From Gemmatimonadota bacterium (lineage in GTDB: Bacteria; Gemmatimonadota; Gemmatimonadetes; Longimicrobiales; RSA9), in assembly GCA_040905425.1 (NCBI GenBank), contig JBBDRO010000100.1, positions 63,124 to 127,123 of the forward strand: DNA of 64,000 nt. The letters run 5' to 3'. Of the stretch, positions 29,249 through 39,106 are shown piece after piece. The notes below the pieces were generated by a model, which did no database searches, had not been told where the DNA came from, and was given only the letters and a program-made list of their open reading frames with translations. Positions within the stretch are counted from its first letter, which is position 1. Every line of letters starts with the position of its first letter. Position numbers and translations under genes: made by a program.

Positions 29249-31245
29249 CGGGACCCTCCCGTGACGACGCGCACCACGCCCGCCCGGCCGATGCTCTCGC
29301 CGGCGGCGGGATCGGTGTGCCGCACCGTGCCGCTGCCCTCGGCCCGCACCCGCATGCCCAGCGCGTGCAGCCGCGCCGCGGCGTCGCGCAGCGGCAGCCC
29401 CGTCACATCGGGAACCACACCCTCGGCAGCCATCCGCGGCGCCTCGGCCTGCGCCGCGCTGAGGCTCACGACCAGCGCGTCGCGTGTCCGTGCCGGCCAG
29501 CGGGCTTCCTCACGCGGGCCGCCGCCCTCGGGAAGCGCCGACGCGGCCACGGCCATGACGCGCTTGTCGAGCGGCGTGCCGCGCGCCGCCAGCGCCGCTT
29601 CCAACGTGGTCCGTGTGACGGGCGCCGCCGTAGCGCCGCCATAGTAGACGCCCTCCGGTTCGTCCAGTTTCACCAGGAACACGATCTGGGGATCCTCCGC
29701 CGGGAAGAAGCCGGCAAAGGAGGAGACGTACGCCCCGACCCGGTACCCGCCGGCCGATGCCACGCGCGCCGTGCCCGTCTTGCCCGCCACCGCAAAGCGA
29801 CCCAGTCCGGCCGCGCGGCCCGAGCCGTCGCGGACGGCATCAGCCAGCACGTCGCGGATGGCCGCCGTGACCTCGGTCGTGAACACGCGGCGGACTGGAC
29901 GCGGGGAGAAAGCACGCTCCACCCGGCCGTTCCTGGAACGCACCTCCCGCACCAGCCGCGGCTCCATGAGCATGCCGCCGTTGGCCAGGGCACCGTACGC
30001 CAGCGCCATCTGCAGCGGTGTGACCGCCACCTCGTAGCCGAACGCCAGGCTCTGCTGGGAGATGGCCGTCCATGTAGCGGGCCGATGCAGCAGGCCTGCC
30101 GACTCGACCGGGAAGGTCACCGCCGTGGGCGTCCCGAAGCCCAGACCACGCAGATAGGTGAAGTGGCGCTCGGCGGGCAGCCGCGCGCTCAGCTTGGCCA
30201 TGGCAATGTTGGAGGAATTGCGCAGCGCGTCCGCCACGCTCATCCAGCCGGCGCCGTGCACGTCCCGGATGGGCTTCGACCGGTGCGGCGCCATGAAGTG
30301 GCCATCCTCACCGTAGACGCTGTCGGTCAGCGCCACCCTGCGCTCCTGCAGGAGCATGGCCACGGTGAAGGGCTTGATGGTGGATCCGGGCTCGTAGGGG
30401 TCGGTGACGGCCCGCCAGCCGCGCGCGCCGGCCGCACTCCGGCTCACCGCCGCCAGCAGCTCGCCCGTGGTCGGGTCCAATAGCAGCAGCTCGCCGCCGC
30501 GCGCGCCGGTGGCCTCCACCGCGTCGCGCAGCGCGTCGTTGGCAATCTCCTGGAGCTCGTAGTCGATGGTCAGGTAGACGTCGCGCCCGGGCGTGGGCTC
30601 CCGCACCATCACCGTGGCCCCGGGGATCACCCGCCCGCGGGAATCCCGCCCCACGGTGGCCTGGCCGTCCGTGCCAGCCAGAATGCTGTCCAGCTCCTCC
30701 TCGAGTCCGCCCAGCGGCACGCCGTCCCCCGCCACGCGGCCCAGCACTTCACGGGCCAGCTCGCCGTGCGGATAGAAGCGCTCCGAGACGCGGGTGATAT
30801 GGATGCCAGGGACGCCCGCCAGCGCGTCGCGGGCGCGGCCGTCGTAGCGCCCCGGGATCGGCACCCAGCTGTCCCTCGTGAGCCGGCGCGCACGCGCCTC
30901 ACTGAGCCTTGTGTGCCGGCGGAGGAGCACCAGCACGGCCGCCGTGTCACGCATCTCCCGCGGCGCCACCGCCACCGTCCAGGCGCTCCGGCTGGCCGCC
31001 AGCGGCACGCCGTCGCGGTCGTAGATGCCGCCGCGCGCGGCCGGCAGCGGCACGCGGTCCGCCTGCTGGTCCAGCGCGCGGGAGTGGTAGTTGCCCCACT
31101 CCACCACCTGCAGCTGCGCCGCCCGCGCCACCACGGTGAGCGCGGCCAGGAGGATGCCCGCCAGCAGCAGGCGGCGCCGCATGGGCGTGGCCCGCACGCC
31201 CTCACCGGAACGCTCCGCACCGGCGCGGCTCGCACGCCCGCTCAC
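29245..31245 (-). CDS. ftsI: peptidoglycan transpeptidase FtsI (PBP3-like) with C-terminal PASTA domain
   Basis: RGGIYDR, EPGSTIK (SxxK), SSN (SxN), GKTGTA (KTG), VPDVTG (PASTA). Confidence 0.94.
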   Translation of the reverse strand: MSGRASRAGAERSGEGVRATPMRRRLLLAGILLAALTVVARAAQLQVVEWGNYHSRALDQQADRVPLPAARGGIYDRDGVPLAASRSAWTVAVAPREMRDTAAVLVLLRRHTRLSEARARRLTRDSWVPIPGRYDGRARDALAGVPGIHITRVSERFYPHGELAREVLGRVAGDGVPLGGLEEELDSILAGTDGQATVGRDSRGRVIPGATVMVREPTPGRDVYLTIDYELQEIANDALRDAVEATGARGGELLLLDPTTGELLAAVSRSAAGARGWRAVTDPYEPGSTIKPFTVAMLLQERRVALTDSVYGEDGHFMAPHRSKPIRDVHGAGWMSVADALRNSSNIAMAKLSARLPAERHFTYLRGLGFGTPTAVTFPVESAGLLHRPATWTAISQQSLAFGYEVAVTPLQMALAYGALANGGMLMEPRLVREVRSRNGRVERAFSPRPVRRVFTTEVTAAIRDVLADAVRDGSGRAAGLGRFAVAGKTGTARVASAGGYRVGAYVSSFAGFFPAEDPQIVFLVKLDEPEGVYYGGATAAPVTRTTLEAALAARGTPLDKRVMAVAASALPEGGGPREEARWPARTRDALVVSLSAAQAEAPRMAAEGVVPDVTGLPLRDAAARLHALGMRVRAEGSGTVRHTDPAAGESIGRAGVVRVVTGGSR

Positions 31246-31598
31246 GGCCGGCCTCCGCTACCCATGACGACCGCACCGCGCTCCAGCGCCACACCGCCCG
31301 CGACCGGCTCGGGCGGCGACACTGAGACGGGCAGGAACACGATCTCCGCGGTGCTGGGCACGCGCATGCCCAGGCGCTCACCAGCGTCACGCACCACGCG
31401 CGTCCGGCTCTCCAGCCACTGGATGGAGGCGGCCAGCGCCGCGCGCTCGGCCTCCACCACCGCGCGCTCGCTGCGCAGGGCGTCCAGCTCGCGCAGCGTC
31501 ACCAGCGCGGCGCTCTGGCGGTGCACCACGAGCGCCAGCGCGCCCAGCAGCGCCGCGAAGGCCAGCGCCATCCGGAGCGTCCCCTGCGCGCTGCTCAT
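31242..31598 (-). CDS. ftsL: cell division protein FtsL-like
   Basis: Short TM followed by a coiled coil ending LESRTRV...A..RLGM; position between rsmH and ftsI. Confidence 0.75.
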   Translation of the reverse strand: MSSAQGTLRMALAFAALLGALALVVHRQSAALVTLRELDALRSERAVVEAERAALAASIQWLESRTRVVRDAGERLGMRVPSTAEIVFLPVSVSPPEPVAGGVALERGAVVMGSGGRP

Positions 31599-32524
31599 GC
31601 GGCCTTCCTCCAGCCCCGCAACCGCGCGCTCCGGGCCCTGGGGTTGGCCGCCACCTCGTCCTGGGCGGCCTCCACCGGCTTGCGCGTCAGCGTCTCCCCG
31701 AGCGCCTCCCCGCGGCACATGCACACGGGCAACTCCGGCGGACAGACGCACGCCCGGCTCCACGCGCGGAAGGCATGCTTCACGCGCCGATCCTCGAGCG
31801 AATGATAGGAGAGCACCGCCAGCACACCGCCGGGACGGAGCGCCTCGCGCAGCGCGGGCAGCGCACGGTCCAGAGCATCCAGCTCGGCGTTCACGGCTAT
31901 GCGGAGCGCCTGGAAGATGCGGGCAAAGTCGGCGGGGCCGGAGCGCGGCCCCAGCACGGCGCGCACCGCGCCCACCAGATGGTCACTGGTGGTGAACGGA
32001 AGATTCCTGCGGCGACGCACCACCTCGGCCGCCAGGCGCCGGGCGCGGCGCTCCTGGCCGAAGTGATGGAAGATGTCGGCCAGCTCGGCCTCGGACGCCT
32101 CGTTCAGCAGGTCGGCGGCGGACACCGCGTCCTCGGCCGCCCCGGCCATACGCATGTCCAGCGGCGCGCCCTCGCGGAAGGTGAAGCCGCGCCGGTCGGC
32201 GTCGATCTGGTGGGAGGAGACCCCCAGGTCGAGCAGCGCTCCGGCCAGGCGCACGTCCAGCCGCTCCGCCGCGTCGGCGAAGCTGGCGCGCACCAGCTCC
32301 AGGCGCTCTCCGAACCGTGCCAGCCGGCGTTCAGCCACCTGCAGTGCCTCCGGGTCCCGGTCCACGCCTACGACCCGCGCATCCGCGCCGGTCTCGAGTA
32401 TGGCCTCCGTGTGCCCCCCGCCCCCCAGCGTACCGTCGAAAAAGGTGCCTCCGCGCGCCGGGTCGAGCAGCTCCAGGACCTCCCGGACCATGACCGGCAC
32501 GTGGTAGCTCGCGGGCGTCTCCAC
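31595..32524 (-). CDS. rsmH: 16S rRNA m4C1402 methyltransferase
   Basis: HVPVM, DGTLGGGGH, DLGVSSHQID, PLDMRM, FQALRIAVN, HSLEDR, NPRARSA. Confidence 0.97.
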   Translation of the reverse strand: METPASYHVPVMVREVLELLDPARGGTFFDGTLGGGGHTEAILETGADARVVGVDRDPEALQVAERRLARFGERLELVRASFADAAERLDVRLAGALLDLGVSSHQIDADRRGFTFREGAPLDMRMAGAAEDAVSAADLLNEASEAELADIFHHFGQERRARRLAAEVVRRRRNLPFTTSDHLVGAVRAVLGPRSGPADFARIFQALRIAVNAELDALDRALPALREALRPGGVLAVLSYHSLEDRRVKHAFRAWSRACVCPPELPVCMCRGEALGETLTRKPVEAAQDEVAANPRARSARLRGWRKAA

Positions 32525-32952
32525 TAGCGGAAGATCTTTCCCGCGAACTTCTGGAAGGTGCCCGCTTCCTGACTGCGGGCCTGTTCGAAGGTGGCCGGAT
32601 TCCACAGGTCCACCTTGTCGATCATCCCCACGAGCTGCACCTGCCCATCCAGCTCGGCCGCCTCCTTCAGCCGGGCGGGCACCAGGATGCGGCCCTGCGC
32701 GTCGGGGCTCACCTCGACCGCGTTGGACATCATGTCCGCCACCCACATGCGCGCGTCCGGATTGTGCTGGAGCAGGTCACGCATGCGCTCCTCCACCTCC
32801 AGCCACGAGGTCTCCGGGTAAAGCGAGAGCGCCGGCGGATAGGCCTGGATGAGCACGAAGCGCTGATCGGCCGCCTCGCGGCGGAAGGACGCAGGGAGGC
32901 TCACCCGGCCCTTGTCATCGAGCTGGTGCAGATAGCTTCCCAGGAACTTCAC
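32524..32952 (-). CDS. mraZ: transcriptional regulator MraZ (alternative ATG start at 32982)
   Basis: Two DxxGR motifs (LDDKGRVSLP, DAQGRILVP); first gene of the dcw cluster. Confidence 0.96.
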   Translation of the reverse strand: MKFLGSYLHQLDDKGRVSLPASFRREAADQRFVLIQAYPPALSLYPETSWLEVEERMRDLLQHNPDARMWVADMMSNAVEVSPDAQGRILVPARLKEAAELDGQVQLVGMIDKVDLWNPATFEQARSQEAGTFQKFAGKIFR

Positions 32953-33016
32953 TCCCCGGTTCGGGGAGCGGGGTCCTTCCATGGGTTCTCTCGTGTGCGT
33001 GGAGTGTGCCCTGCTA

Positions 33017-33095
33017 TCCCATAACGTCCCACTTCATCCCACCCGACGCCACCATGATACGGTTCCCATCCCACAGCGTCAAGAGTCTTATCCCA
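33017..33095 (-). promoter_or_regulatory. dcw promoter with MraZ-box repeats
   Basis: TTGACG (33077-33082)-17bp-TATCAT (33054-33059). TGGGA pentamers at 10-bp spacing (33017, 33027, 33037, degenerate 33047), with further copies at 33064, 33069 and 33091. Confidence 0.85.
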
Positions 33096-33298
33096 CCACC
33101 GAACGGATACCGAAAGCGTTGCGGGATGGGGACTGTTGACCTTGCCCCCATGGCTGGAAGCGGCATTTTGCCCGCATGGTGGGATGAAATCCCATGGGGC
33201 AGTGGTGCTCTGCTCGGAGCGCGTGGGCGCGCGCCCCCTGTCCGTCCCACCGGGGCCGGGTCGCGTTCTTGCACGCGCGCCCCGCCATGGGACTCCGG

Positions 33299-34183
33299 AT
33301 GGCACTTGTGATCAAGCCACCCGCCGACGAGGCGCGCCTGGACGAGCTGCGCCACGAGGTGGCCTCCCTGCGGCGGCGCGGCCACCAAGTGCGTGCCCGG
33401 CTGACGTTCGAGCGCGGGGACGCCCGGCGCTTCGCGCGCGGCGCGGCGCGGGCCCGCTATGACGTGGTGGTGGCGGTGGGCGGGGACGGGACCATCAACG
33501 AGGTGGTGAACGGGCTGGTGGCCGCACCCTGGCGGCCGCGGCTGGGCATACTCCCTTTCGGCACGGCCAACGACTTCGCCACCGGGCTGGGCATACCGCC
33601 GAGCCCCGCCGCGGCCCTGGACGTCACGGTGCGGGGGCGGGTCGTGGCGGCCGATGTGGGCGTGGTGAACGAACGCTGCTTCATCAACGTCTCCACGGGC
33701 GGCTTCGGCGCCGCGGCGGCCGAACGGGTACCGGCCGGCTGGAAGCGCCTGCTGGGCCGCTTTGCCTACCTCATCACCGGCGCCCACAGCCTCATGCACT
33801 GGGAGCCCGGCCACGCCCGCTTCCTGGCGGAGGGCCGCCTCATCCACGACGGGCCGTTCGCGTTCTTCGCGGTGGGCAATGCGTGGCGCACGGGGGGCGG
33901 TACGCGCGTCACCCCGCGGGCGGAGTTCGGTGACGGCCGGCTGGACGTCACCGTGGTGCGGGGCGTCTCACGACTGGATTTTCTGGCCCTGCTACCCGAC
34001 CTGCGCGCCGGCACCCACCTGGAGAGTCCGCATGTGCTCTACCTGCGCACCGAGCGTTTCGAGGTCCTGGCGGCCACGCCGCTGGGCGTCAACGCGGACG
34101 GTGAGCCGCTCAGCGGCGCGCGCTACACCTACCGGCTGCTGCCGCGCGCGCTCAGGCTGATGGTGCCCCGGGAGGAAGGGTAA
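33299..34183 (+). CDS. diacylglycerol kinase family lipid kinase (YegS/DagK-like)
   Basis: VGGDGTINEVVNG, LPFGTANDFA, FINVSTGG, GGG, DGRLDV, NADGE. Confidence 0.92.
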   Translation: MALVIKPPADEARLDELRHEVASLRRRGHQVRARLTFERGDARRFARGAARARYDVVVAVGGDGTINEVVNGLVAAPWRPRLGILPFGTANDFATGLGIPPSPAAALDVTVRGRVVAADVGVVNERCFINVSTGGFGAAAAERVPAGWKRLLGRFAYLITGAHSLMHWEPGHARFLAEGRLIHDGPFAFFAVGNAWRTGGGTRVTPRAEFGDGRLDVTVVRGVSRLDFLALLPDLRAGTHLESPHVLYLRTERFEVLAATPLGVNADGEPLSGARYTYRLLPRALRLMVPREEG

Positions 34184-34207
34184 GGAGCCCGGCGGCACTC
34201 CAGGGCA

Positions 34208-34241
34208 AGAAAAAAGGGCCGGGGGATCGCTCCCCCGGCCC
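34208..34241 (-). terminator. intrinsic terminator of the TPR gene (the hairpin could also act on the convergent kinase gene)
   Basis: Stem gggccggggga / tcccccggccc followed by a U-tract on the minus strand. Confidence 0.85.
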
Positions 34242-34270
34242 TGCCGTCAAGATGGACTGCCGTCAGGTGT

Positions 34271-35986
34271 TCAACGGCACTTCGAGTCGATGAGCAGCCC
34301 CTCGATCTCCACGTACGTCTTGGCGTTCTCGATCAGGCCCGCTCTGTCCGGCTGGTCATAGGCGGTGCTGTTCTGGAGAAGCTCCAGCGCGCGCCGGAAG
34401 ATCGGCAGCGTGGCGCGTGCCGACGCGCACGTCTCGGGCGTATGCGCCGCCCTGCCGCGCTGCAGATGGGCGTAGCCCTCGAAGAAGTTCATCATGTGCC
34501 GCGTGCGCTGCTCGGTGGCCAGCGGGCGGGCGGCCTCGTACCAGCGCAGCGCCTCGTCGTTCCGACCATGCTGACCGAACTTCGACCATCCACCATTCAC
34601 GCCGATGATCTGGGCGGCCCGGTCACTTTCAAAGCCCTGCTCGACCGCCTGCTCGGCCGCGGCCACAGCCTCGGCCCGGTTGCCGGCGGCCACGTGCAGG
34701 GTGAACAGCTTGGCGTGCGCCGACGGATACTGGGGATCCAGCTCCACTACCCGCTTGAGCGCCTCGAGCGCCTCGTCCATGCGCTCCGCCATCTCGAGCG
34801 AGCGGGCGTGCACCCACCAGAGGCCCGCGTCGCTGCCGTGCGTGGCCAGCGCCTGCTCACCGAAGCTCAGCGCCTGGTCCAGCTCCCCCGTCTCGCGATA
34901 CATGAGCATCACGTTTTTCAGCAGGTCCGCGCTGGCCTCCGCGCCCTGCACCTCGTACACCTGGCGGTAGTAGCCGAGCGCCTTGCGGTAGAGCTCCACG
35001 GCCTCCGCCGGCGCCTCCTCGGCCTCACCGCGCAGATCGTTGGCGGCGTTCTTGGCAAAGTGACCGGAGAACTCGATGAGGGGCAGGTGCACACTGTCGG
35101 CGGGTAGCTCCTGCATGCCCTGCTCCGCCATCACGAGCGCGCTGGCGTTGTCCCCCGCCTGCGCAAGCTGATGCGCCAGGACGAGGCGCAGGTCGGCGTT
35201 CCCCGGGTTCAACTCCAGGTAGAGATTGTAGTACCCGCGCGACTTCTCCTGCTGACCGAGCACCGCGGCTATGTAGCCGGCGGCGTAGAGGGCGTCCTCG
35301 TGGAGATCGTTCTGGGCGAGCACCTGCTCGAAGGCCGCGAGGGCCTCCTCGTTGCGGTCGAGGTTGCGGAGCACGTCACCCTTCAGCAGCAGCGCCGGCA
35401 TGTAGGTGGGGTTGATGGCCAACGCCACGTCGCACTGCCGGAGCGCTTCCTGCCACTGCTCGCTCTGCTGTGAGTCACTGCAGTAGGTAAGATACTCGAT
35501 CTGGCGCGTGTACTCCGCGAAAGCCGCCACGAGCTGCTGGGCCGCGTCGCGCTCGTTGCGCGCCTGGATGGCCGGCACGCTGAAGCAGGTGGTCATGTTG
35601 GCGCAGAACTCACCCTGCACCTCGTAGAGGTCCTTGCCCAACTCGATGTACGTGCCGCAGAAGGTGAGGTTGAGCTGCTCGGCGATCTGGAACTGCTTGG
35701 CGTCGATGCAGTTGAACTCGTCCTCCTTCATCTCGTACTTCTTGAGGCTCTGCTCGAGCTCCTTCTTGTCGAGGGCGCGGTATTTCTCGTTCTCAATGGC
35801 GTCGCGCAGCTCCTCGGCGGTCTTCTCGCCGAACTTCTTGCTGAAGTCACCCCTGGGCTGCAGCCGCGGCACCACGACGGTGTGCCGGCTGTCCTGCGCC
35901 TGGGCCGGGGCCGCACCGAAGGCCACCGCGGCCACGGCCAGCGAGAGAATACCCGTCAACCACCTTCCGAAACTCGTACGATTCAT
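34271..35986 (-). CDS. exported tetratricopeptide repeat protein
   Basis: Signal peptide ending AQA; GGAG Shine-Dalgarno; TPR units such as ALAINP, YLELNP and VVELDP. Confidence 0.85.
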   Translation of the reverse strand: MNRTSFGRWLTGILSLAVAAVAFGAAPAQAQDSRHTVVVPRLQPRGDFSKKFGEKTAEELRDAIENEKYRALDKKELEQSLKKYEMKEDEFNCIDAKQFQIAEQLNLTFCGTYIELGKDLYEVQGEFCANMTTCFSVPAIQARNERDAAQQLVAAFAEYTRQIEYLTYCSDSQQSEQWQEALRQCDVALAINPTYMPALLLKGDVLRNLDRNEEALAAFEQVLAQNDLHEDALYAAGYIAAVLGQQEKSRGYYNLYLELNPGNADLRLVLAHQLAQAGDNASALVMAEQGMQELPADSVHLPLIEFSGHFAKNAANDLRGEAEEAPAEAVELYRKALGYYRQVYEVQGAEASADLLKNVMLMYRETGELDQALSFGEQALATHGSDAGLWWVHARSLEMAERMDEALEALKRVVELDPQYPSAHAKLFTLHVAAGNRAEAVAAAEQAVEQGFESDRAAQIIGVNGGWSKFGQHGRNDEALRWYEAARPLATEQRTRHMMNFFEGYAHLQRGRAAHTPETCASARATLPIFRRALELLQNSTAYDQPDRAGLIENAKTYVEIEGLLIDSKCR

Positions 35987-36331
35987 CTGTCTAATCTCCA
36001 CTCCCGATGGAACAGGTTGTCGGGACCGCGCGCACGGCCCGTGCTGGTATCTATGTACACCCGCGTGCCTGGAATATGCCCGAAGGGTCGGGTCCTGGTC
36101 GCACGGGCCTGTGGCTGCATTCATCGGGGCATACAGGCGTGCTGGTCGCACAGTGTATACGCCGACTGCTCTGGTTGCAAGGTTCGTGCTCTATACACGG
36201 TTGCGGGCGGCAAGGTCCGGCACGGGGAACGCCGCTTGCACCGCTCTGGCACACACGCGGGCCCGATTCCCACCGTGGCCGCCGCACATGAGAACACCAC
36301 AGGGGGTGCGCACGTTCCCCGGAGGAGGCAG

Positions 36332-36799
36332 ATGGACACGAGGGAGGGCCGTGAGGAAGCCGTCCTGGAGGCGCTGGCCCGGTGCAGGACGGCGTTTCCG
36401 GACGCACCCAGTATCGACGGCCAGCAGGGCCGCCGCCGGGAGGAACTGGTGGCGCGCGCCGAGATGGAACTGGGCTGGGCACGCCGCGATGCGGAACGCG
36501 TCTACGACACCGCCCGCGAGGAGGGACTCGACCCCGCGCTGGCGGTGGAGCTCGTGCGCAGCGGCGTGGCGGTCTGCGAGCCCGAACCGGATGACAACGC
36601 GGCCATGGAAGGTACGGTGGAGCCCGGCCCGCCCGACTGGCTCACCCCGCCCACCGCACTGCCGGCCGACCCGCTGCGGGAGCGCCGCATGCGGGAGAGC
36701 TTCCGCCGGGTGCGCTCGCTACTGGCCGAGTCGGCCGGCGCCTCCGAGGCGCTGTGCAGGTTCGCCGCGGCGGAAGACGTGGAGCGCTGCGGCTACTGA
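36332..36799 (+). CDS. hypothetical protein
   Basis: Strong GGAGGAGG Shine-Dalgarno before the ATG; charged helical composition. Confidence 0.7.
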   Translation: MDTREGREEAVLEALARCRTAFPDAPSIDGQQGRRREELVARAEMELGWARRDAERVYDTAREEGLDPALAVELVRSGVAVCEPEPDDNAAMEGTVEPGPPDWLTPPTALPADPLRERRMRESFRRVRSLLAESAGASEALCRFAAAEDVERCGY

Positions 36800-37064
36800 A
36801 TCACCCGAGGGCGGGGTGCCGGCCGGTGCGCTCCACCGCCGCCACGCCATCCCCGTCCGGCCGCTCGAGGCGGGCGCGGCGCACCGGCACGTACAGGCGC
36901 TCGGCGTACTCCATGCGCTCCACCAGCAGGTCCATGCGCGTGGCGATCCGGTCCAGCGCGGTGACGAGGCGGCTCGTCTCCGGAACCGCACCGCGCCCTT
37001 GCCGCCCTGGCAGGCCCACCCGAACTTGCCCGCTCCCATCGCACGCCCCCGAACCGGTGCCGCC

Positions 37065-37916
37065 ATGCTGCTGAGAGACGACGCCCTCCAGGACAAGGTG
37101 ATCCTCGTGACGGGAGGCGGCTCCGGGCTGGGGCTCTCCATGAGCACCGGCTTCGCGCGGCTGGGTGCGCGTGTGGCCATCACGGGGCGCAGCGAGGCCC
37201 GCCTCGAGGAGGCGGCCCCGCGCATCCACGCCTCCGGGGAACGGGTGCATGCGCATGCCGCGGACGTGCGGGACGCGGAGGCGGTTGCGGGCCTCGTCGC
37301 TTCCGTAGTGGGACGCTTCGGCCGCATCGACGTGCTGGTGAACAACGCCGCGGGCAACTTCCTGGCGGCCACCGAGGACCTCTCCCCCAACGCCTTCGAC
37401 GCCGTGGTGCGCACGGTGCTCTACGGCACCTTCAACGCCACGCAGGCCGTGGGTCGGCACATGATCGAGCGCGGCGGCGGCGGGACCGTGCTGAGCATCA
37501 CCACCACGTACGCGTGGACCGGTTCGGCCTTCGTGGTGCCGTCCGCGGTGAGCAAGGCCGGGGTGCTGGCGCTGACCCGCTCGCTGGCCGTGGAGTGGGC
37601 CACCTACGGCATCCGCCTGAACGCCCTGGCGCCGGGGCCCTTCCCCACCGAGGGCGCGTGGGAGCGTCTCATGCCCACGCCCGAGATCGAGGAGCGGGCG
37701 CGGCGCCGCATCCCCGCCGGCCGCTTCGGTGAGCATCACGAACTGGTAGAGCTGGCCGCCTTCCTGGTGTCCGACGCCGCGCCCTTCATCACGGGGGCGT
37801 GCGTGACCATTGACGGCGGCGAATGGATGGGCTCGGGCGGGCAGTTCAATGGCCTGCTGCAGGTGCCGCGCGAGGAGCTGAAGGGCGCGCTGCGCACGTT
37901 CCGCCGACGGGAGTGA
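37065..37916 (+). CDS. SDR oxidoreductase, 2,4-dienoyl-CoA reductase-like
   Basis: TGGGSGLG, NNAAGNF, LSPNAF, SAVSKAG (no catalytic Tyr, as in DECR-type enzymes), APGPF, IDGG. Confidence 0.88.
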   Translation: MLLRDDALQDKVILVTGGGSGLGLSMSTGFARLGARVAITGRSEARLEEAAPRIHASGERVHAHAADVRDAEAVAGLVASVVGRFGRIDVLVNNAAGNFLAATEDLSPNAFDAVVRTVLYGTFNATQAVGRHMIERGGGGTVLSITTTYAWTGSAFVVPSAVSKAGVLALTRSLAVEWATYGIRLNALAPGPFPTEGAWERLMPTPEIEERARRRIPAGRFGEHHELVELAAFLVSDAAPFITGACVTIDGGEWMGSGGQFNGLLQVPREELKGALRTFRRRE

Positions 37917-37928
37917 GGCGGCGGGCGC

Positions 37929-39092
37929 TCAGCCGCGTGCCGCGCGCAGCGCTTCCACCAGCGCCGCCGCGTCCCCGGCGTCATTGTAGACGTTGGGCGC
38001 CACCCTGAGCGCCGTGCCGCGCAGCGAGGCGCGCACGCGGCGGCGTTCCAGGGCGGCGTGCAGCGCGGCGAGCTCCAACCCCGCCGGCGCACGCAGGCCG
38101 AAGAGATGCGCCGCCCGCCAGCGGTCCTCCTCCACGCCGTAGCCCAGCTCCCGCGCCTCCGCGATGGCATCCGTCATGAGGGCGCCGCAGTAGTCCCGCA
38201 CCGCCTCCGGCCCCCAACCCCCCACGAGCTCCAGCGCCGCCACCACCATGGGCAGCAGGATGAAATTGCTGCGCTCCCCCACGTCGAAGCGAATGGCGCC
38301 CGGCTCGTAGTCGTCACGGTAATCCACCAGGCCCTGGAAATCGCGGCTGCCGCCGCGCGTGATCCAGCCCTCCTCCAGCGGCTCGCCGTCATCGAAGGCG
38401 GGCCCGAACCAGCCGAGCGCCATGCCGTACGGTCCGAGCAGCCACTTGTAGGCCGCCACGATGAGGGCGTCGGGCCGCGCCTCGGTGACGTCGAAAGGCA
38501 TGGCACCCACCGCCTGGGTGCCGTCCAGCACGAAGCGGGCGCCCACCTGACGGGCGCGCGCGCCGAGCGCGGCCACGTCGAAGATGGTGCCGTCCGTCCA
38601 GTGCAGCGGGGCCAGCGCCACGAGCGCCGTGGCGCCGTCCACGGCCTCCAGCAGCGCCTCGTTCCAGGCCTGACCGGGCGTGGCGGAGACGGGGCGCGCC
38701 ACCACGCGCAACTCGGCGCCGGCCCGAGCGCATGCCTTCCGCCACGGATAGACGTTGCTCGGGAACTGCTCGGCGGCCGTCACCACGTTGGCGCCGGCCG
38801 CGAGCGTCACATTGCGCGCCACGACGGCCATGCCGTAGGAGACCGAGGGCAGGATGGCCACGCGCTCGGGGCGCGGCGCGGCGATGAGGTCGGCGAAGAG
38901 GGCGCGCGCGCGATCGGCGTCGCGGAAGAAATCCTCCGGCCCGATGGCCAGCGGCGCGGCCTTGGCGCGGATGCCCGCCACGCCCGCTTCCTGCACCGTG
39001 CGCGGCAGCGGGCCCATGTAGGCGCAGTTCAGGAAGTGCTCTCCGGCCGGCAGGTCGAAGCGCTCCTTCTGGCAGGCGAGCGAGGGGGCCAC
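37929..39092 (-). CDS. class V PLP-dependent aminotransferase-family enzyme
   Basis: FLNCAYMGP, EQFPSN, DGTQAVG, AYKWLLGP (PLP lysine), LRVAPNVYN. Confidence 0.88.
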   Translation of the reverse strand: MAPSLACQKERFDLPAGEHFLNCAYMGPLPRTVQEAGVAGIRAKAAPLAIGPEDFFRDADRARALFADLIAAPRPERVAILPSVSYGMAVVARNVTLAAGANVVTAAEQFPSNVYPWRKACARAGAELRVVARPVSATPGQAWNEALLEAVDGATALVALAPLHWTDGTIFDVAALGARARQVGARFVLDGTQAVGAMPFDVTEARPDALIVAAYKWLLGPYGMALGWFGPAFDDGEPLEEGWITRGGSRDFQGLVDYRDDYEPGAIRFDVGERSNFILLPMVVAALELVGGWGPEAVRDYCGALMTDAIAEARELGYGVEEDRWRAAHLFGLRAPAGLELAALHAALERRRVRASLRGTALRVAPNVYNDAGDAAALVEALRAARG

Positions 39093-39106
39093 GCTCGGCG
39101 CGCTGC

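Noticed and set aside
35634..37916. 760-aa ORF as a single protein
   Set aside because: Only the last 283 aa are SDR-like; the upstream part overlaps other genes in different frames.
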